Shown piece by piece: positions 50,490-62,365 of a DNA stretch of 64,000 nucleotides. Every line of letters begins with the position of its first letter. Position 1 is the stretch's first letter. The DNA comes from Hydrolagus colliei (taxonomy: Eukaryota): positions 9,486,001 through 9,550,000 of the forward strand of contig CM068750.1 in NCBI GenBank assembly GCA_035084275.1, in the 5' to 3' direction. The notes below the pieces were generated by a model, which saw only the letters and a program-made list of their open reading frames with translations, searched no databases and was not told the origin of the DNA. Made by a program: the position numbers and the translations under genes.

Positions 50490-51236
50490 GTGCATTTAGC
50501 TCAAGTGCTACTGTACACCCCTTCTTGTCTCAATCACCTACTTGACTGCATCTGTCACAAAACGTGGAACATAATGTACTAAAGCTCATGAAATGAATGT
50601 GACCATCAAAATTGCAATAAAATGTCACTAACTAGACCATAAACTTCAACTGAGGAAGTGCTTTCCCCAAATGTCTCAGCTTAAAATATTCTTTTTTCTA
50701 CTTCAGCCATCTCTTTGGCTGAGACCAATCATTTGATGCAACTGTAATTATGCTGTGGACTTGTGCTTGTTAGAACAGGGTTAAGACTTTTCCAAACATA
50801 TCTCATATTGAATCCTTCTAGTTCTCACACTGCCATGTGTGTTTTATCCCATTGATCTGAGCTGCATTCACACCCAATTCCCAGAAGTGAAAGAACAGTA
50901 TCCTCACCCAATGCCCAAAGCCATCCTCTGTTACAGCTGCTATGTAGTAAATTTTGATCTAATTGGTATTCATTTGAAACATACACTTGCCTGAATACAT
51001 TTTGTGCCAATATGAACAAAAGAAAAGTGCATGATGCACACAGATGCAAAACAGATTGGCAAATAATGTACAATAATGCAAACCAATTTAACAGAACTGA
51101 GCCTGGTGTAAGTAATCCACAAGCTGAGACTTAATGACCTGTTTTGTATCATACAGAAATAAATTAGACGAAAACATATGAAGATTAGCAGTGCTTCACT
51201 TCAAGAGAACCAACAGGAATCCCCCTCTCCCCTAGC

Positions 51237-51300
51237 ACAACAACAACAACTTCTATTTATATAGTGCCCTCCACGCCAGACGGCGTCTCAGAGCGCTTCA
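51237..51300 (-). mobile_element. L2 type-A tail-only insertion (young, CpGs intact)
   Basis: Reverse complement is TGAAGCGCTCTGAGACGCCGTCTGGCGTGGAGGGCACTATATAAATAGAAGTTGTTGTTGTTG, the same tail as 12797-12860. Confidence 0.85.
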
Positions 51301-51564
51301 AAGTACTAGGGTCAATATAAAACAAATTGTATATCAAATTGATGCTCAAACCCATGCTTGTCCTTACTACACCCACCAAACACAGAACATTAAATGAAAA
51401 GCTTAAGTGATGAGTTGAGAGATGCATCACTTAACCTTACTCTGCAATGTGCCATTGAAAATATCACATATTGAAACGATTGCTACATTTGTCTTCGGTT
51501 CTGCTCCCTTTATGGAATATTTACACCTTACTTCCTGTCTCTTGAATCTAAGCATCAGACTCCA

Positions 51565-51700
51565 CACTGTCAAACCCTCCAGGACGCTACACCATGAAAG
51601 GTGCTTTACACATGAAAGATGCAGTGCCTTGTGACATCCTCCCGACATGAAAGACACTCTATAAATGTAATTTTTGTGTTGTTATTGTTGTTGTGGTTGT
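51565..51700 (+). mobile_element. L2 tail(s), type-B, with reiterated tail motif
   Basis: CCTTGTGACATCCTCCCGACATGAAAGACACTCTATAAATGTAATTTTTGTGTTGTTATTGTTGTTG, preceded by two extra CATGAAAG copies. Confidence 0.7.
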
Positions 51701-52139
51701 GAAAGCAAGTTTTTTGTTGTTGCTGTAATGCATGGCCAGGCCTGGTGTGATATTAATAAACCAGTAGTTTGTTTAGGAACCGCGGAATTGTAACCAGAAA
51801 TACAATGACTGAATCTTATAAAAATAGAAATTAATTGCTGTTATGAACTCACCATTAAATTTAATAGGGCTCTGTAAATTAAGACAATATTTAACTCTGA
51901 ATTTCCCACCATGGAAATCTTGTTAGAATTAACAGCAGGTGTATATAATATGACCCACACATCTCAGAATTGCTTTAAAGTTTTTGTCCCCACAGCTGTT
52001 GCTAAACCTACTTGTCTGTAGATTTTAGGTACATCGTTTGATTCTCCATTATGTAATATTGAAGCACCACATGAGCTATTTTGCAATGCTCAGCAACTCT
52101 TCCAAATGTATCAAACAAAAATATCAACTACAAGCCACT

Positions 52140-53150
52140 AAAATTCCAGTGACACGTGTGGGTGCAGCATTCCAAACCAGGTACAGTGGTGTGTTTTAAC
52201 AATGGCTAGAGTTTCAATAACCATTTGGAGCAATGTATGGATACTGATGAGCTCCTCCTCTGTCATTCCTTGAGATTGGATTTCTGACAACAATTTGTTT
52301 TGATAAAACAAACCGATAACTATGGCCTTGAATGCCAGTTGTCCAATGTGGTTTCTCATTGGGCCGAATCATTCTCTCATCCTTTGTTCACCCGGAATGT
52401 ATTTTAACAAAAATACATTTTTGTTTCTTTGGATATTAGCAATACTTTTATGCTTACTTAGCTGTTCTCTTGGCTTTGCTTTTACTTAAAAAAATTACTC
52501 TTGCTCATCTTACCAATCCAACTAACTACTTGATCCTTGCAGTACATATCTATATGTATATATATATCTGTATTTAAATCTATTCTACTCCTTACCTTTC
52601 TACTTTAATTCCCATTGCCCTTAATCCATTTTGATAAAGGTGCAATTAATTTAGATGTTGGTCTCATTTTAAAGATTTCCTGCTTTGTTCCTGAAGATTT
52701 CACAAACATACTGATGTTTTTAAGGAACAGTTCTTAACTCATTTCACTGTATCTTAACATCTGCTTTTAAAAAAATATATATTTTGAATGGATCTCATTC
52801 CCACAGACACAGGCTCTAATGATCACTGGATACTAGATGTTCCTCTCCCATATTTGGGACACCACTAAAGATTTGATCCAGATTACTCTCAGACCACATT
52901 GGCTGTTTGAAAAACCGTAAGGAAGCAATCCTGTTCTCCCTCCAGAAATCTGCATGCCTCATTAGTTTTTTTTTCTTCTGCTGTGTTCCCAGTCAATACC
53001 TAGGTAATTGAAATTCCCCATGATTAATGTTCTCGCTTTTTTTCACACAGATTTCTCTTATCTGTAAAAACACTTCCCATCTAGCCTCCTCTCCATACAC
53101 AGGAGTCTGTCTATAAAAGCAACCTTCTTTGCTTTACTATTCTTGGATTC
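52140..53150 (-). mobile_element. CR1 LINE endonuclease-region remnant
   Basis: The minus strand at ~53036-53005 reads RTLIMGNFNYL (APE-endonuclease GDFN motif). The flanks are decayed CR1-like sequence. Confidence 0.55.
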
Positions 53151-53559
53151 CTGCTAAAACAGCTGAGACACATATATAATCTGTTTCCATGAATGCTGTG
53201 TTCTCTGTCATCCAGATTTCCATCCTTCCACTTGCTTTGCTTTCACTGTCTCTTCAGCGGGCTTCAATATTACAGTCTCCCAGCAACATCTGGGGTTAAA
53301 CAGGCTTCTGTTATTCCGGTTACATTGCATTTTTCCTTCAAACACAGATTTTCAATTCTGCAGACGTATTTCTATATGCTTCTAGCATTAATATATAGTT
53401 CAGAAATCTATGCTTTCAACTCACATGTTAGCAAAATGGCAATATAATAAATATGCCTTTACAGCTCTTCAGGGAGAATATCTTAATCTGAGCAGCTAAA
53501 ATCTGATCATTGGGAATCAAAACCAGCATTTTATGTATTTTGCATATATGGCTTGTAAA

Positions 53560-53790
53560 AGTTTGTTTCTTTTGAATATGGGCAAACTGAGCAAATCCAA
53601 ATTACACTCATGCTTTATAGTAGCGGCAATTTGTAAATTCTCTCTGCGGATCGCGTAGAATATTAACTCCATCTTGCTGAGGGGCCTCAAAGAGTTTAAA
53701 CTCTTTCTGTACAATTAGGTGAGCAGAAGCGAGAGAGAGATTACTTCAGAGATGAATAAAATGGGCTCCTGTGTGTTTTAGACACATTTA
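53560..53790. promoter_or_regulatory. Candidate conserved non-coding element with a perfect 18-bp palindrome
   Basis: CpG-retaining unique sequence with AAAGAGTTTAAACTCTTT at 53689-53706. Confidence 0.3.
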
Positions 53791-53893
53791 GTGTAACTGT
53801 ATATGAAGAGATTAGATAGGGCTAGCAGTGCTCACTCCATACAAGTTCTATTTAAATTCACAATTGCAGCAGGACACTCTTAAAATTAGAAGT

Positions 53894-53950
53894 AACAACG
53901 ACAACAAAATTACATTTGTATAGCACCTTTCATATTAGGAGGATGCTCCA
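53894..53950 (-). mobile_element. L2 type-B tail-only insertion
   Basis: AACAACGACAACAAAATTACATTTGTATAGCACCTTTCATATTAGGAGGATG. Confidence 0.72.
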
Positions 53951-53984
53951 ATGAAGTAAGCTGGTTAGCAGTTTATCCAGAAAA

Positions 53985-54195
53985 GATGACTTCACACAAA
54001 AAGCTTGTGAGAAAGTGGAATGAGCTGGGGAATCAAAGGAAATAGAGACTTTGGAATGTAAGAGTGTTAAGGGACATATAGTTTAAAGAAACAGCGAGGA
54101 AATGTGATTAAAAAAAAAATACCCGCTATGAATTTATAAAATGCCCAAGAAAAACACAGTGGGCCCAATTGCCTACTCCTGTTCCTAATACCCCA
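53985..54195 (+). mobile_element. CR1 3' end remnant
   Basis: TTCACACAAAAGCTTGTGAGAAAGTGGAATGAGCTG (FTQ..RKWNEL-like) and tail GGGCCCAATTGCCTACTCCTGTTCCTA. Confidence 0.5.
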
Positions 54196-54651
54196 GAAAA
54201 AAATAGGAAATCGGAGAATTTTCAGCCAGCGCAACATTGGGCACAACAAATCATCACAGGCAGAACAATAAAGGGGTTTATTATGACACTCCAGGATGTT
54301 CGTCATTCATTCAGCCTTGCCAAGAAAGAAAAGGAAGAAAAGAAATAGACAATGTGGGTTTGAGCTCTATGTAGGCTCAGTGCTCATCATAAATAATCAC
54401 TGCCCTGACCTCAGTTATTTGGCTTTTGAATATTAAGCCTTTTCACATTTTGTTTTCACTTCACCAATGCTTAGGATGTTGAGTAACACTTGTCTTAAAG
54501 GGGAAAAAGGATGTCAGGCACAGCAGTCCAACTAGAAAAGCAACATGAAATAATTGCTATGAAAGTGTCTGGCTAGGATCAGGCCGCATCAAGGAAACAA
54601 TAATTTTGAGAAGAATAAAATACTAAATGTTGAGGGCAGTATTATTACCTT

Positions 54652-54741
54652 ATAATAATCCTTACTTTTAACACAACACTTGTCATGTACAGAGGACATC
54701 CCAAAGCACTTCACATGATTTACTATGAAATGTAGTGACTG
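54652..54741 (-). mobile_element. Decayed SINE 3' fragment
   Basis: ATAATAATCCTTAC..CATGT..GACATCCCAAAGCACTTCACA..AAATGTAGTGACTG. Confidence 0.7.
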
Positions 54742-54899
54742 TGGCTGTTTGAAAGGAAGGAGCTGGGAGCAGGATGTGGATCTGAACGGATTGGTGTATT
54801 TTTCTATCTTCACCACGAACGTGAACATTTTAATTGCATACCTCAGGTTAAGAAAAAACATATGACTTGCATCAACTGAGAAATCGTTGACCAAACCAT

Positions 54900-55400
54900 A
54901 TAAACATGCAAAATGATTACATCAAAGATTATTAAAACACTGCAAATCCTGCCTCCACCTGTTGTTAATTTATGGTCTTATCAAACTGGAGAATCTTTAC
55001 AGAGTCGAGTTCTGGTCTCCGTGAGGCTTTGTTTTAGTGAATAGCTGTCTTTACCAATTTGTTTGGACAGGTGTGGGCACCTTGACAATTACTGTAGATA
55101 TCTGTTGCCAACACATCTATCCAGTAGCCCGGAGCCTCTCTGGCAGCCAGGCACATTTCTCTACTTAATCAGGGAAATGACAGATCACACTCCGTGAATA
55201 GATTCATTTTCAGGAAAAAACAACTCGAAAACCAGGACAATTTTCATTATTCCAACTGTTAGTTTTCGTTTCATCGGGTGCCATGCTGCCTCTCCTGCTC
55301 CCTCCTAAAGCCATACATTATTCTGTGTCAGAGAGCTTAAGATTTCTTTGTCGGCTTTGCCTATACTGATTTTGTTTAATTATCAGAAGCCGTAACCCAA
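54900..55400. promoter_or_regulatory. Candidate enhancer/CNE
   Basis: TCF site ACATCAAAG (54919-54927), Hox-type TAATTTATGG (54966-54975), CACCTG/CAGGTG E-boxes and TGACAG (Meis) in unique sequence. Confidence 0.3.
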
Positions 55401-55767
55401 GGTGGACTAATCCCTTCTCTCCCTTGTGCTCGTCTCTTGTGCCTCGGTTGTTACCTTAACTTGATGGTCAAGACTTTGTTTGAAGTGCACAGCTCTACAC
55501 GTCGAATTATTTCTACACAAGTTTGAGATTTTATTTCCTCCAAAAAGATGGAATCTGTACTTGATCACAGTCATCATCATTTCAAGCAAACTAATTTTAA
55601 ATCCAATTCAATTTCATTGAACACTTCTGCCAGTCTCTGATTTCTCTGTAATGTCTTCCTGTCACCTTATAATGGTTTCCTATTCCCTTCCATTTACAGC
55701 AAAAATATATATTTTCAGATCCCTCTTGCTGCTATGTACAATTTGTCTTTGTATTTATACAGCCATC

Positions 55768-55819
55768 CAGTGTGAAGGATGCTATATAAATGCAAGTTGT
55801 TGTTGTTGTTGTTGTTGTC
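55768..55819 (+). mobile_element. L2-type tail-only insertion with expanded (GTT)n
   Basis: GTGTGAAGGATGCTATATAAATGCAA followed by about 8 GTT units. Confidence 0.75.
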
Positions 55820-58800
55820 ATGTTGTCTTCTTACCCTTTGTAATCACTCACTTTATTATCCAAGCTTGATTTCATGTAACGCAACCTCACCGCACCATTG
55901 CAAATTGAATGAGAGAGATGCATACCCCATTGCAAACCAAGCACCATTAACAGGAAGCATCTTTCAATTTGCAAAAGTTTGTGGACAAAAGGTTTATATG
56001 CTCCAGTTTAATTTTAACTTTATAATGTACCTTTCAGGAGACTTATTTTTAGTAATGCCCAAAACATGTTACAACAAAAACGTGGTAAGCTACATGTTCC
56101 TGCACGATAAGAACCCACTTTGTCACTTACAGGCAATGTCTGGACACCTGCAGAATAGGAACATCAGAGATAGACTGGGCGCTGATTCATTTCCTTTCTG
56201 ATCCAAGCAAACAGCTCGTGCTGGAGCTGGTGGTTAGAAGAACAGCATTGTTTCAAAGGGTGTATCAGAAATTTCCTGAACATGGGTGTAGTGGTTTTAT
56301 TCTGCCTTTAAATGCAACCTATACAGTTGAGACTTTTGAGGGAAATACAAGATTATAGGGAAAGAGAACAGCTGTATATGACAGATAAGGATTTGAAGAG
56401 GAAGTATTGGCGAGGGGACTTTTAGCTTAATCAATCCTACAACCATTTCTCTGGCATTCAGGAAACTGCAACAAAGAATCATCAATACCAATTTACCACA
56501 AAGGAAGTTTCAAACTTTTCACAGGAAAAAACATTCCATTCATAAACCTGTTTATGTTTTTGTTTTCTGATTCAAATTGGAGGGCTTCAAAGGGTTGCAG
56601 CTGATGATAAGGGAATGTGTGCACTAATTAAATCATATTTGCAATGTTGACATACAGTATTTAGATGGTAAGTGATGTCGACAGAATTTTTAGAACTTTC
56701 ATTTTAAACATCAGAAAGCCTGGATTGAGCTTTCTCTTCCACACCCCACACACTTAAACCCCACAATTGACTCTTTCCCCTCTACCGATCTCCTCCCTTC
56801 AAGGTTCTTACATTTCATTCCTGGTCTCCATAGTAATGAAGCAGACCTATTACTATCTCCATACCTTTCAATCCTCTTCCTCAAAAATATACTGATCTAG
56901 CTCCCTTTTTAAGATGTCTGAATTGACCCAGAATGAATCATTCTTTCCAGGAAGCAAATGCTTGTCAGTGGCAATTGTAGCGGGCAGCCAACATCTAATG
57001 GCAAACACATGTACACTTTCATTGGGACAAATTTGGGCCAGAATGAGCCTAAAGGTGACCTTGGGTTCACAATTTAGTCTGGAATTCTACAAACCTTGCT
57101 GTCAAGGCTTGATCCAACAACTTGTGTGTGTAGCCAGTATATCTCAGCTGGTAAGGATAAGGAATGCATACAAACACATCAGCTTCCATAAATCCCAGCA
57201 CAGCAAGCGAGAGAGCAGCAGTTTTGTAATGTTGTTTGATATAGTTTGCAGGGCCCTGCTATGTGCACAGTCCCTGAACCATTTCATTCAACCAATTGGC
57301 ATGCTAATGAACAGGGAGATAGCATGTGATGCAAAGAACATCATCATATACATTTGTTCTCTTAAGGCACTGTAACTGGCACAGAGTAGATGTTTGTCAA
57401 TGAATACTCATGTACATATGGACCGTAGATTCAGGTGGTTCAGCAATTTCTACGATTGGTACCAGTTCTCATTTCGATGAGCCACCAGTGAATGCATCTG
57501 AATTGCATTCACAATGGTACAGACAATATTTGACATTTAGGTTTAAATTGTTACAAAGCATTAATATGAAGAGATACTGTTTTTCTTTTTACTGTTGCCG
57601 GTGTTATCCTGATATTGATTTGTTGCTTTTAGACAATAATCACCAGATTCCTCCTCCTTGAGCTGACTGTGTCGCCCTATTGCTGGCTTCTGATCTTTCC
57701 TATGGCTTCAATACAGAGCAGCAAGGCATCTTTCTTCACTGTTGGGAGTGGTCCTCCCTGATTACATTCTGTGCCCTTTAGCAGTTCTCTCTTTTGCATT
57801 TGACTTTACGTCACTGCCACTTTTGTGGGATTCCTGCTCACTCTTTTTAACCTGAAACAAAGCAATTATTTAGTGAAAGGGCTACTTGCATAGTTTCTTG
57901 CAGGCTGCTAGTTTTGGGCACAGTTTGCTGTTTAATAAATCACAGATCTTTATTTGATTCTGTCATCCGTCAGTGGTTCCACCTCTGAGTCTTGAAGGCA
58001 CTTCCCTTGCTGCCTTGACAGCTTGTTATTTGCTCCTCTTCGTCTTTTTTTTGCATCTATTCCACAAGCATTGTTGCTGTACCACGGTCTTCAATGTAAA
58101 AGGTCAATTACCTTATTAACATTTCATTTGCATACTCACGCTGCTTGATGGCAGTTTACTTCTTGATTGGTTTTAAGCAAACGACCACTGCCAGTGCTTA
58201 TGTCAAAGTAGTAAAGAAAGCATTGCATTTATTTGCAGGGCAACAATAACTCTGCATATACAACCGACTTCCTTACGTTAACGCATCTGTTGTACCTGTA
58301 CAACCAAGCATTTAACATCAAGCTGTAAAAATTATACTTTGAAATCTAGTGAACAATCCCATGTAATATAAAAATATGGCAGTCAGCAAAAGCACGACTA
58401 CAAACTTAGTGTGTTCAGCATCTCTGGTGGATTGAGACTGCATTTAGTTCAGCAATGAATTTTGAGGTAAGGTAGAATAACTATACATTTTAACTCCTCT
58501 ATAGGGATTGTGCAGTATTTAGTGCTTCAGATCCTATGATGCTCAACCAATGCTGTTAGGCATAATTGTTATGGAACCGCTTTCAGTGCCTTGGTGCTAA
58601 AGGTTACACATATATTGATTATTACACCGTATTTGTTTTTGCTTCATATTACAATGATACAAATACACAAAGCTGGAAGGTCTGTAATAGTATAAAGGTG
58701 AGATTAGAATGATACAAGCACTGCTACATTTATACGCTTTCCCACTGAGATGAAGCTGAAACAGATACTGTGTTGGTGCAAACTTGCACAGTGCGGCGGA

Positions 58801-59859
58801 CTCCCTAGGGATTTAAATGACAGTTCACCGGATCAAAAGAGAAGCTTATTACTGAAAAGTACCTAGATGGTAGTAACAAAACTTGTAAGAGGAGTTTCCA
58901 AATTATGTTACCTCTGTCCACGAAAACAGGAATGAGGCTAATACCATGTGTAATTTATTTCTACTGACTGTATAAAAGTTCCCTTTTCAGTAATTTTCAT
59001 ACATAAAACTGCAATTCACATTTCCCGTGGTTAAGTTTTCAGCCACAGATTCTTTTACTTCTTTTTATTCTCATCATACAAAAAGCACTTGAATTATTGA
59101 TGGCGTGCATTTTAGTATGTGAATCTCATACTACTTTGTTGTCTATATTTGAAGGCATATATTGAAATTATCGGGCTTTGAAACACGCTTTACTATCGAT
59201 AATTTATATGGTCCATGTCTACATCGAAAACAGTTGATTGTCCTTAAAGCTACTTATTTGTTAACTTCATAAACATGAAGCAATTATCTTCTTTGTCGTT
59301 CGTATGTTTTTCATCATTGCAAAGCTTGGGTAATAGGGCTGTGTATAAATGTTCTAAATAGCATGTTCTCCAGTTCAATTTGCATCCAATTGTGCCACAT
59401 GTATAGCAGCCCTCAAGATCATCCATAATGGAACACCTGCAGTCTGCTGAAGAACCACCAATCCCTGCAGTTTGAACTTACTGCTGTAATGATACAAGGT
59501 GGGAATTTTTCACTACTACCTGCTACCCTAGTTGATCTCATTGATAAACACACAAATTATACTACATTTAGGGTAGTTGTGAGTATTCCATTAGACTGAC
59601 TAGAGGAATTGGACACTGTAGTTTAGCTGTAACCTGACCATGACAGAAAGCTGGCTCGTTGCTTCTAGAACTGTAGTGCCTTTGTATTGTTATTTCCAAT
59701 GGAACTGATTGTGAAAATAAACAGGGCTGCTAATGGGATAGGATTTCCCCCCAAGAAGATCCATTTATGAAGCAGAACCCTGCAACGAAACACAATTGAA
59801 GACACCAAAGTTATAATTTGAAGGTGGCTTCACTCTAACTTTCCTTCCTTGCTAATCAT

Positions 59860-59968
59860 GTGAGGGCTGAAATTTCTGTCAGCGTTATGAGTAGACATAT
59901 TGTTGTGTTCCTGATCGCACATCCTCATGATTACGTCATGAGGGCTCAATATAAATTTTCTCCCTCAC
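59860..59968. mobile_element. Small MITE-like palindromic element
   Basis: Imperfect terminal inverted repeats GTGAGGGCTGAAATTT / AAATTTTCTCCCTCAC (13/16 pairing) and an internal hairpin CCTCATGA-TTACG-TCATGAGG. Confidence 0.4.
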
Positions 59969-60123
59969 CCTTATACGTTAGAGTAAAGATATGCCAATAC
60001 TTTAACTAAACATGAGAATATTTTTATTGATGATAGCATGAATATTCCAAGTGCAACTATTTCTGCAGTATTTTTCCAAGGAAGTTTATACAGTGATAGT
60101 CTCAGAATACGAGCGATCTAAAT

Positions 60124-60160
60124 CAGGGTGGCCAACCTTTTGGCTGACACACGCCACAGT
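60124..60160 (+). mobile_element. Orphan hAT-like terminus
   Basis: CAGGGTGGCCAACCTTTT resembles CAGGGGTGGCCAAC-type hAT termini. No partner end was seen. Confidence 0.3.
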
Positions 60161-61490
60161 TCCTATTTGAGAATGGATTAACTCCTTCAAAGATTGGATA
60201 GGTTTCTGCTCGACAGTTCTTAAAACCTCACTAGTGATTGCTGAGAGTTATTTTTGAAAGAACTAAAATCACTTCAATGGCTTTCCAGTAAATAGCAACC
60301 TGCACAAATTCTAAAACAGCATGGAACAAACCACTTTCCCAAAGGCATTAAATCCAATGACATCTCTGCATCATGATCAACACCAAATGGCCTACAATTC
60401 AAGTACAGTAAGGCTGCTTATTATTTGTCTCAGTTTATTTAATAAAAGTTTATAATGATCAAGGCCACTAAAATGTGCTGTTTTAGGATGTCAGAGTGAG
60501 ATGTAAAAGGACAGTGATGCTGCAAGCAGGATGATTTTATAATAGTTGGCAGCATCAATTCACGAATTCACACTGTGAGTTTTGATCACTGAAAGCATAC
60601 ATTATCTTTTGTGAATAGGGGTTAAACATTCTCTTTTCCTCATACAATGCTATTTCCTCCTCTGTATACTGAAAAACAACTGAAGCTTCCAGATGCTTGC
60701 AAGATCACTTTCCACAACCCAATTCATTCATTAAAGGCCCTCCCTGATTTATAATAGTGATCTGGAGAAGGAGGCAGCATGTGATATTCCACAAAATAAT
60801 ATAATAATAATAATTAAATAATATCAGGATGAGACTTTCTTCCTCAATTTCTTAGTGCTGCTTGAAATATTTTGTTCCATTTCTCTGAAACCAAAGTGTC
60901 CGGCTGCATTTTTATATAAATCTCACAACATATAAATTCTCTTCAAAGCAAATTTAATTCAAAACAAACAATCGTGACCCTTTTCAGACAAAAGGTTCCA
61001 TTATTGTCTTGCAACTCATTATTTCGACTCATCAGCCTCTGAACCCTTTATTGTCCCATGTCACTCATTGCACTGATTGAATGTTTTTTTTGATGAGTGT
61101 GCAGGCCATTGGTTTGAAAGCTGCAAAGCTCTAGCGTCTAAAAATCAGTATACAATAATCAATCGAGATTTCTGCAGTGCCTATCACTGTAGTTATTTAA
61201 ACATTTTCATTACATTGGCAATTAAAAAAGACCACTAGTCTTTTTCAGAGCTATCAATAAGGCTATGCACTGGAGTCATTAAGCTATAGGGTGCTGAAGA
61301 CCATAGGATATACAGTTTGATCTAAACACACTGTGCAAAACAACAAGTAGTGTTTAATGCAATGCCTTTCTGTGTAACGCAATACCAAATGTACAGGAGG
61401 TGATCTGATTGCAAAGGGAGCAGCAAGTGGCTTAGTTTCATTGCTTTAGTAATGGTTATTAAAATCATTGTGATTCTCAAAGTAATAATC

Positions 61491-61671
61491 AATAATAATA
61501 ATCCTTACATTTGATATAGTGCTTTCACATCTTCTAGATGTCTCAAAGTGCTTCACTGAATATACTGTAAAGTGAATTGACTGTACACTTGTGGGCGAAA
61601 CACGGCAGCCAATTGTGCACAGCTTAGATTGAAATGACCAATTTATTCTTATTTTTTGGAAGGGCTTATTA
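61491..61671 (-). mobile_element. SINE 3' two-thirds
   Basis: AATAATAATAATCCTTACATTTGATATAGTGC..GATGTCTCAAAGTGCTTCACTGAATATACTGTAAAGTGAATTGACTG..GTGGGCGAAACACGGCAGCCAATTGTGCACAGC..GATTGAAATGACCAATTT. Confidence 0.9.
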
Positions 61672-61740
61672 CCCCTGAAAAGGGAATTGACTGTACAGTA
61701 TATTTTTGTGGTCAACATTGTATAAATTGTTTTGCCAACA

Positions 61741-61810
61741 CAACAACAACAAAATTACAGTACACTTGTTTGTATGCACCTTTCACGTCAGGAGGACGTC
61801 CCAAGGCGCT
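61741..61810 (-). mobile_element. L2 type-B tail-only insertion
   Basis: CAACAACAACAAAATTACA..CACCTTTCACGTCAGGAGGACGTCCCAAGGCGCT. Confidence 0.82.
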
Positions 61811-61821
61811 GATAGCACATC

Positions 61822-61907
61822 CATCCACTTTACAGTATATATTGTGAAGCACTTTGAAACGTCTTGAAGACATGATAAGGTGCTTTCAAATGCAAGTATT
61901 ATTATTA
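61822..61907 (+). mobile_element. SINE 3' fragment
   Basis: TCCACTTTACAGTATATATTGTGAAGCACTTTGAAACGTCTTGAAGACATGATAAGGTGCTTTCAAATGCAAGTATTATTATTAT. Confidence 0.88.
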
Positions 61908-62254
61908 TAAATTGTCTACAAAGGAAATAATTATTAACATGGGAATCCCTCTATGGTTCTAGCTGCATATCTGGAGAAAGAAACAAGGAAGAAGCGAATG
62001 TTGCATGTGAATGTTTAACTAAAATGTAAAACAAATTGAAGGAAGCTATTGGATGATTAAATGTGGAGATTATCAGATCAGCAATGGAAAACAAAATCAA
62101 CAGAAGAGAAATTACAAGTACAATGAAAAGACATTGCATAGGTTCCATTATAAATAAATACATCTATTGCACCAAATAGTGTGGTTTGAAACTCCAAACC
62201 TGAATGATTCCTAAACTAATATTACGTAGATAAACCACAAAAGACTGAAACTAA

Positions 62255-62365
62255 AACTCCTTCAAGTTTTAGAAAGATGAAGAGATATCATGAACTAATA
62301 AACTGCAGAGCAGGCTCGATGAGCTGAATAGGCTACTCCTATACCCATTAGAATTCTGCATTCAA
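62255..62365 (+). mobile_element. CR1 3' tail
   Basis: GAGCAGGCTCGATGAGCTGAATAGGCTACTCCTATACC..ATTCTGCATTC resembles the CR1 terminus. Confidence 0.6.

Noticed and set aside
56914-57375. 153-aa ORF
   Set aside because: Cys/Leu/Ser-rich random-looking composition with no domain or exon context.
58463-58490. let-7-like words TGAGGTA...ATAACTATACA
   Set aside because: The mature let-7 sequence is not present and the hairpin cannot form, so this is chance similarity. Other common miRNA 5' ends I scanned for by eye also gave only seed-length matches.
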